This document shows positions 17,646 through 22,229 of a stretch of DNA of 22,229 nucleotides, in pieces. The translations under genes were made by a program, and so were the position numbers. Location: positions 10,875,646-10,897,874 of the forward strand of contig NC_057749.1 in NCBI RefSeq assembly GCF_004010195.1. The letters run 5' to 3'. Below the pieces are notes generated by a model. The model ran no database searches. It saw only the letters and a list, made by a program, of their open reading frames with translations, and was not told the DNA's origin. Within the stretch, counting starts at the first letter, position 1. Every line of letters starts with the position of its first letter. The stretch is from Chiloscyllium plagiosum. Lineage: Eukaryota.

Positions 17646-17971
17646 TTCCTGCTCCTTGGATGCTGCCTGACCTGCTGAGCTTTTCCAACACCACACTAAT
17701 CTTGACTCTGATCTCCAGCATCTGCAGTCTTCCCTTTCGCACAGTGGAGTTGAAGCCCACCACTCGATCTCCTGACTTTCAAATAACCCTTCAACTCAAC
17801 TCCTGGCCCATCGCCCACCATAACTACCCCCTTTTTTAATGATACGATGGACTGAACAGTCAACTCCAACTCCTCTTTCCTACATTCTCAGTGGGGGAGT
17901 TGAATTGTCAGTTTCCTGTGACCATCGCTGTTCACGCAGTTTAGCTGATTACAGCTCAAATCTGTAAAGAA

Positions 17972-18175
17972 AAAGTGTATTTATAGTGACTTTTATGTAA
18001 AGACAAATAATTGATTATACAAAACAGCATTTGACAGAGGATTAACATGTGACCAAAGTTGAATTGTAGAGGTTGGTTTTAAGAAGCGTCTTAAAGAGAC
18101 AGAGAGAGAGAGGTAGCGAGGTTTAGGAAGGGAATTTATATCTAGGGGCCCAGTCAATCAAAGATATGGTCACCA
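17972..18175 (-). mobile_element. L2-type LINE 3' fragment
   Basis: TGTATTTATAGTGACTTT...GGTTTTAAGAAGCGTCTTAAAG...GGTTTAGGAAGGGAATT, related to 14543-14880. Confidence 0.5.
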
Positions 18176-18371
18176 GTCAGAAAATAATCAAGAAAACTAA
18201 TGAAATGCTAGCCTTTATATCTAGAAGACTGAAGTATAAGGATGCAGAAGTTATGCTGCAGTTACACAAAATCCTAGTCGAGTAGTGTGTACAGATCTGG
18301 ACACCACGCTTTAAGATACTAACAGGAAAATTAAGATAACTATTTCCACTGGTTGGGGATTCTACAACTTG

Positions 18372-18542
18372 AGGAGAAAGTGAAGTCTGCAGATGCTGGA
18401 GATCAGAGCTGAAAATGTGTTGCTGGAACAGCGCAGCAGGTCAGGCAGCATCCCGGGAACAGGAGAATCGACGTTTCGGGCAAAAACCCTTCTTCAGGAA
18501 GGGCTGCCTGACCCGCTGCGCTGTTCCAGCAACACATTTTCA
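18372..18542 (-). mobile_element. Palindromic mini Penelope-like cassette with perfect 14-bp target-site duplication
   Basis: TSD GATTCTACAACTTG at 18358-18371 / 18543-18556; arms 18409-18449 / 18503-18543 (40/41); the tail matches the GIY-YIG copy at 8903. Confidence 0.92.
18466..18500 (-). ncRNA. Minimal hammerhead ribozyme motif (core intact)
   Basis: Minus strand: CUGAAGA(18497-18491)-A-GGGU-UUUU-GCCC-GAAAC-GUC(18470)-GA. Confidence 0.72.
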
Positions 18543-18634
18543 GATTCTACAACTTGGGGCATAGGTCTGAGTATTAGGGCTAGACCATTCAGGAGCGATG
18601 TTAGGAAGCAATTCTACACAAAAAGGTAGTAACT

Positions 18635-18897
18635 GGGTGGCAGAGTGGTTAGCAATGCTGCCTCTCAGCTCTAGGGACCCAGGTTGAGTGACCGTGTGGG
18701 GTTTACACAGATTCTCGCAACCGTGTGGGTTTCTGCTGGCTGCACTGGTTTCCTTCATCAAGGCAAAGAATGCGCAGGTTAGGTCTATTAGCCAGGGAAA
18801 TGGATGGTTACAGCCGGGTGGATCTGGGGTAGGCTGCCTTCAGAGGGTGTGGACTTGATGGGCCGAATGGTCCGCTTCCCTACTATGGGGACTCTGA
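18635..18897 (+). mobile_element. HE1-like V-SINE, diverged
   Basis: GGGTGGCAGAGTGGTTAGCAATGCTGCCTC...GGGACCCAGGTT...GTGGACTTGATGGGCCGAATGG. Confidence 0.75.
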
Positions 18898-19066
18898 TAT
18901 TTGGAACTCTCTTCTAGAAACAGTAGTAGATGCGAGATCAGTTGTGAATTTTAAATGAGGTCGATAAATTTATTTGAAACAAGGGAAAAGGGCCAGAAAC
19001 AGGTGGAAGGATTAGCCAGGATCTGATTGGCTGGTAGAACAGTCTTGAGGGGGCTGAATGGCCTCC

Positions 19067-19336
19067 AGCACTGCTGCCTCACAGCACCAGGGATCACGGT
19101 TCCATCCCAACCCTCAGGCGACTGTCTGGGGTGTACCTTCTCCCCGTTCCTGCGCTGGTTTCCTCCCACAGTTCAAGATTTTCAGGTTGGGTTGGATTGG
19201 CCTGGGGAAATTGCCCGTAGTGTCCAGGGATGTGTAGGCTAGGCGGATTAGCCGTGGGAAATGCCGGGTTACAAGGATTGAGTGGGATACTCTTCGGAGG
19301 GTCACTGTGCACCCACACCGCAGAGATTCTATGAAT
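19067..19336 (+). mobile_element. HE1-like V-SINE
   Basis: AGCACTGCTGCCTCACAGCACCAGGG...GGTTTCCTCCCACAG...GGATGTGTAGGCTAGG...GATTCTATG. Confidence 0.78.
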
Positions 19337-19433
19337 GAGAGAGCGGTCACAAACCTAGCAACAACGAAATAATGAAGCTTCTAGCCCGATTCTAAATAAG
19401 CATTGGATGTGCATTTTGTTTTTTTGTTTTAAA

Positions 19434-19439
19434 TTTATT
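19434..19439 (-). promoter_or_regulatory. Candidate ISLR2 polyadenylation signal
   Basis: TTTATT on + (AATAAA on -) about 850 nt past the stop codon, at the end of a repeat-free stretch and just before SINEs begin. Confidence 0.6.
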
Positions 19440-20291
19440 GAATACAGGGATAGACGTCTCTCTCCAAAAGAGGCGAGTGGGAAGTGATCGAAGTTAAAGA
19501 TGACACCACACACACAACACACACGCACGCACCAGATCCCACAACAAAATCTCTCGATTTTAGAGTATCCCTCTGACCCTAAGCCACCCCCAAGCCCCAA
19601 AACGACCGCCCCTTATATTAACACGAATGCACTCTGTGCGAAACATCATCGGCATAAAAAAATGGACTCATCTCTTTAAAAACAACACGTCGGTCCGTCC
19701 ACCAAAGGAGAAAGTAACGCTGTAAGTTTTCAGTTGGCAGGATGTTACTGTACAACACTGCATTAGCAAACACTAAGAGGTAACACAGAACACGCTCACG
19801 GGTGGCGGGGGTAGGACGGTGGGGGGTGGGGGGGGATGTTCAATGCAAAAGGGGGTGGTTTTGGGGGAATCAGACGCATGCTGCACGGTTAGGACAGGAC
19901 ACGGGGAGGATAATGCGTTGGCTCTATCAATGAAGCACCAATATATTTTGAACAGTACAACAAATATTCCCAGGACTGTTCTCCAAAGCTGCATTTCACT
20001 CTCAGTTGGAAAGTTTCCTGTGGGTTTCTGATTTTGTTTCTTCCCCCTCTTAGAAATACCAGGATTGCAGTGTGACTGTCAAAGATCTGCAGCAAAAAAA
20101 AAGTGTGAAAGTGTGTGTGAGTGACAGCAGCAACATCTCCTGGAATGAAGAAGGGGGTTGGGAGAATCCCAGATTTTGGGGGTCATTGATCTTCACGCTG
20201 TGGGGCTCGTTGTTTTTTTTTTAAATACAGATTTTGTTGTTTTTTTTTGTTTTGCTCGGCGATGTTTCCCTCCTTCCCGCCCGGACCGGAA

Positions 20292-22193
20292 TCAGCTCAG
20301 CGGCCGCCGGTAGTTCCCGTTGATCTCTGGACTGATGGTGACCGCCTCGGCGCCCAGGGGCAGGCGGTCGCTGTATTCCGAGCCGGCCTCGAACTCCTCC
20401 TGGGCGGGGGCTTTGCACTGCGAGCCGGCGAGGGAGTCGGGCGCCTCGCTGCCAGCGTCCTCGCTGGCCGGGTACAGCTTCTCGGAGCCGGGGAAGGAGA
20501 TGCTGCGTTGGATGGCGCCGGCGGCGTCCCCTGGCGGCAGCTCCCCGGGGCCTTGGCTCTTCATGATCAGCTTGTAGGTCTTGCCCCGGTACTTGTAGAG
20601 GAGGTGGCAGCAGCTGGCACCCAGGAGGGGCACCGTGGCCAGCGCCAACAGGAAGCAGCTCACCACCACCATGATCAGCAGCGAAGGGATCTTCCCCTTG
20701 GTGGTAAAGACGACTTGCACTTGGCAGTCCTGCCCGCGGGAGCTCAGGCACAGGCTGTAGTTGGTGCCCGGCCTCAGGCCCTGGAAGCGGTACGAGTTCA
20801 CGCCGCTCTCGATCGTCGACCACTGCACCACGGCGGCCGCTCGGCCCCTCTCCTCCGTGCACAGGTAGAGAGCGCGCAGCTTGCCCGGGCCCGCCGCCGC
20901 CGCCGGCGAGCTCTGGAATGGGGTGAGTTGGACCCGAGCGTCGGTCTCGGTCACCTCCAGCGCGATCAGGCCGAAGTCGAAGATGTGCTCCTTCATGGGG
21001 GAGGTGCGGTTGAAGGCGTGGTTGGAGGTGTACTGGCTCCCGGGCTGAGGGGAGCAGTTCCGCGCTGAGACGGGAGGGAGGGCCGAGGTGCCCCCAGGTC
21101 TCAAGGTGGGACCGGGCGAGGCTGGAAGGGAGGCTCTCTCCGGTTTGAGGACGCTGTTGCCCGGCTCCGGCCCTCGCTTGGGAGGGGGTCTGCTGACCCT
21201 CACCTCCAGGGAGGACCGGTTACTGCCCACCGAGTTGGAGGCCACGCAGCTGTAGAGCCCCTCCTGGCTCCTGTGGAGCCGGGGCAGGAGGAGGGTCCCG
21301 TTCTTGAGCAGCGACACCTCCCCCTCCCCTCCTGCCCCCTTCCCGTCCCCGGGGGCCAGCTCCTGGCTCTGGCCGAAGGGCCGCAGGGTCCAGCGGAGGG
21401 TGGGAGCCGGCTTCCCGGTGGCGGTGCAGTGCAGGGCGAGGCTGGTCCCGGCCGGGAAAGCCGGGCTGGCCCCGGGCTGGGAGCTGAGGGTGACCCAGGG
21501 GGGGCTGCACTGCAGCTCGGGCATCTCCACCACCGGGGAGCCCTGCAGCTCCGGGGGCTCCGAGCACTGGATGCTCTGTCTCTCCGGGATGGAGATCAGC
21601 GCGTCCAGGATCCAGCTCTTCAACCACAGCAGGCGGCACCCGCAGGAGAAGGGGTTGCTGTAGATCTGCAGGTGGGATAGGGAGCTGAGGGGCCGAAAGA
21701 CGCCTTCCGGGAGGCTGTGGAGCTGGTTGTTGTTGATGCGGAGGGAGCGCAGGTCCTGGAGGCCGGAGAAAGCGGCCTGGGGCAGGCTGCTCAGCAAATT
21801 GTGGTCCATCTTGAGGAGCTGCAGCGAGCTCAGGTTGGTCAGGTCCCCCCAGGGGAAGCTGCTCAGCCGGTTGTGGCTCAGGTCCAGGTTCTTGAGGGGC
21901 CGAAGCGGCGCCAGGGCGCCTTCCTCCACCCGGCTCAGGCCGTTGTGGGCCAGCCACAGGGAGGCGACCTGCTCCAGGCCGGCGAACGAGTCGCGCAGCA
22001 GCGAGCCGATGCGGTTCGCCGACAGGCTCAGGGTGGTCACGTTGGCGGGCAGCCCCCCGGGCACCGCCGAGAACTCCTTGTACGCGCAGTCGGCGAACTG
22101 CTGCGAATACTTGTCCTGGCACACACACCGCTCCGGGCACGCCCCAGCGACCAACAACCGCCAGGAGATCAGGTACAGCACGGCCAGCAGCAT
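20292..22193 (-). CDS. ISLR2: Immunoglobulin superfamily containing leucine-rich repeat protein 2 (Linx), 633 aa, single coding exon
   Basis: Signal peptide, LRRNT (CPERCVCQDKYSQQFADCAYK), LRRs, LRRCT (NPFSCGCRLLWL), Ig domain (LHC...W...GLYSCVASN), FN3-like segment (GLRPGTNYSLCL), TM helix, and the ISLR2-type C-terminus EEFEAGSEYSDRLPLGAEAV...EINGNYR; next to STRA6 as in the mammalian locus. Confidence 0.96.
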   Translation of the reverse strand: MLLAVLYLISWRLLVAGACPERCVCQDKYSQQFADCAYKEFSAVPGGLPANVTTLSLSANRIGSLLRDSFAGLEQVASLWLAHNGLSRVEEGALAPLRPLKNLDLSHNRLSSFPWGDLTNLSSLQLLKMDHNLLSSLPQAAFSGLQDLRSLRINNNQLHSLPEGVFRPLSSLSHLQIYSNPFSCGCRLLWLKSWILDALISIPERQSIQCSEPPELQGSPVVEMPELQCSPPWVTLSSQPGASPAFPAGTSLALHCTATGKPAPTLRWTLRPFGQSQELAPGDGKGAGGEGEVSLLKNGTLLLPRLHRSQEGLYSCVASNSVGSNRSSLEVRVSRPPPKRGPEPGNSVLKPERASLPASPGPTLRPGGTSALPPVSARNCSPQPGSQYTSNHAFNRTSPMKEHIFDFGLIALEVTETDARVQLTPFQSSPAAAAGPGKLRALYLCTEERGRAAAVVQWSTIESGVNSYRFQGLRPGTNYSLCLSSRGQDCQVQVVFTTKGKIPSLLIMVVVSCFLLALATVPLLGASCCHLLYKYRGKTYKLIMKSQGPGELPPGDAAGAIQRSISFPGSEKLYPASEDAGSEAPDSLAGSQCKAPAQEEFEAGSEYSDRLPLGAEAVTISPEINGNYRRPLS

Positions 22194-22229
22194 CTGGGGG
22201 GGGGGAGACAGGGAGGGGGAGACAGGGAG
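22194..22229 (-). promoter_or_regulatory. Splice acceptor (polypyrimidine tract + CAG) directly abutting the ISLR2 ATG
   Basis: Minus strand CTCCCTGTCTCCCCCTCCCTGTCTCCCCCCCCCCAG|ATG. Confidence 0.8.

Larger units (their letters stand above)
17491..17740 (+). mobile_element. Palindromic mini Penelope-like cassette with two back-to-back hammerheads
   Basis: Inverted arms 17491-17583 / 17609-17703, ~25-nt spacer with its own hairpin GAGGCT-GCG-AGCCTC, ~37-nt tail on the right. Confidence 0.9.
17240..17890 (+). mobile_element. Old CR1-like 3' fragment hosting the double-hammerhead cassette
   Basis: ATTGAAATTTTCGAAGATCCTGAAGAG...TTCACTCAAAGGGTT resembles the CR1 'IEVFKI...FTQRV' region; very diverged. 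Confidence 0.45.
18176..19066 (+). mobile_element. CR1 3' fragment split by a PLE cassette and an HE1-like SINE
   Basis: Translates in pieces to KTNEMLAFISRRLKYKDAEVMLQL, IRARPFRSDVRKQFYTKR and WNSL; tail GAGGGGGCTGAATGGCCTCC. Confidence 0.75.

Noticed and set aside
128..19350. Many 60-130 aa ORFs such as MAQWLALLPHSTRDPG..., ...CLTCCAFP... and ...LLEKRSRSGSI...
   Set aside because: Translations of SINE and PLE terminal repeats that recur wherever the repeat recurs; not genes.
20221..22140. Long alternative-frame and antisense ORFs over ISLR2 (306, 273, 213, 135 and 119 aa)
   Set aside because: Expected from stop-codon scarcity in very GC-rich coding DNA; Pro/Ala/Gly/Arg-rich with no recognisable domain.
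20292..22193. Calling the gene ISLR (Meflin)
   Set aside because: It has the FN3-like region, transmembrane helix and cytoplasmic tail of ISLR2, which the shorter ISLR lacks.

Overview
Vertebrate genomic DNA, almost certainly from a shark or other elasmobranch (inferred from HE1-type V-SINEs and the CR1/L2/Penelope repeat landscape). Two convergent genes: (i) the last four coding exons of STRA6 (retinol-binding-protein receptor) on + at 3255-3356, 5331-5494, 9753-9890 and 10877-11115, spliced in frame with GT-AG sites and mostly invisible in the ORF track; (ii) the single coding exon of ISLR2/Linx (633 aa) on - at 20292-22193 in a GC/CpG-rich block. The rest is largely nested SINEs, CR1/L2 fragments and one pogo/Tigger-like MITE. 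The most striking signal is a set of ten Penelope-like (PLE) insertions from about four sequence families: one truncated GIY-YIG-bearing copy and nine very short (about 90-250 bp) non-coding cassettes. Most of the short ones are palindromic, several have 9-14 bp target-site duplications, and all are built around minimal hammerhead-ribozyme motifs or their remnants (CUGAnGA-N-stemII-GAAAC-GUC). Four cores look intact, including a back-to-back pair with one ribozyme on each strand at 17491-17740. All six copies inside STRA6 introns are antisense to STRA6, and inactivating changes cluster at CpG sites in the core. All family assignments come from motif recognition by eye, not from database searches.
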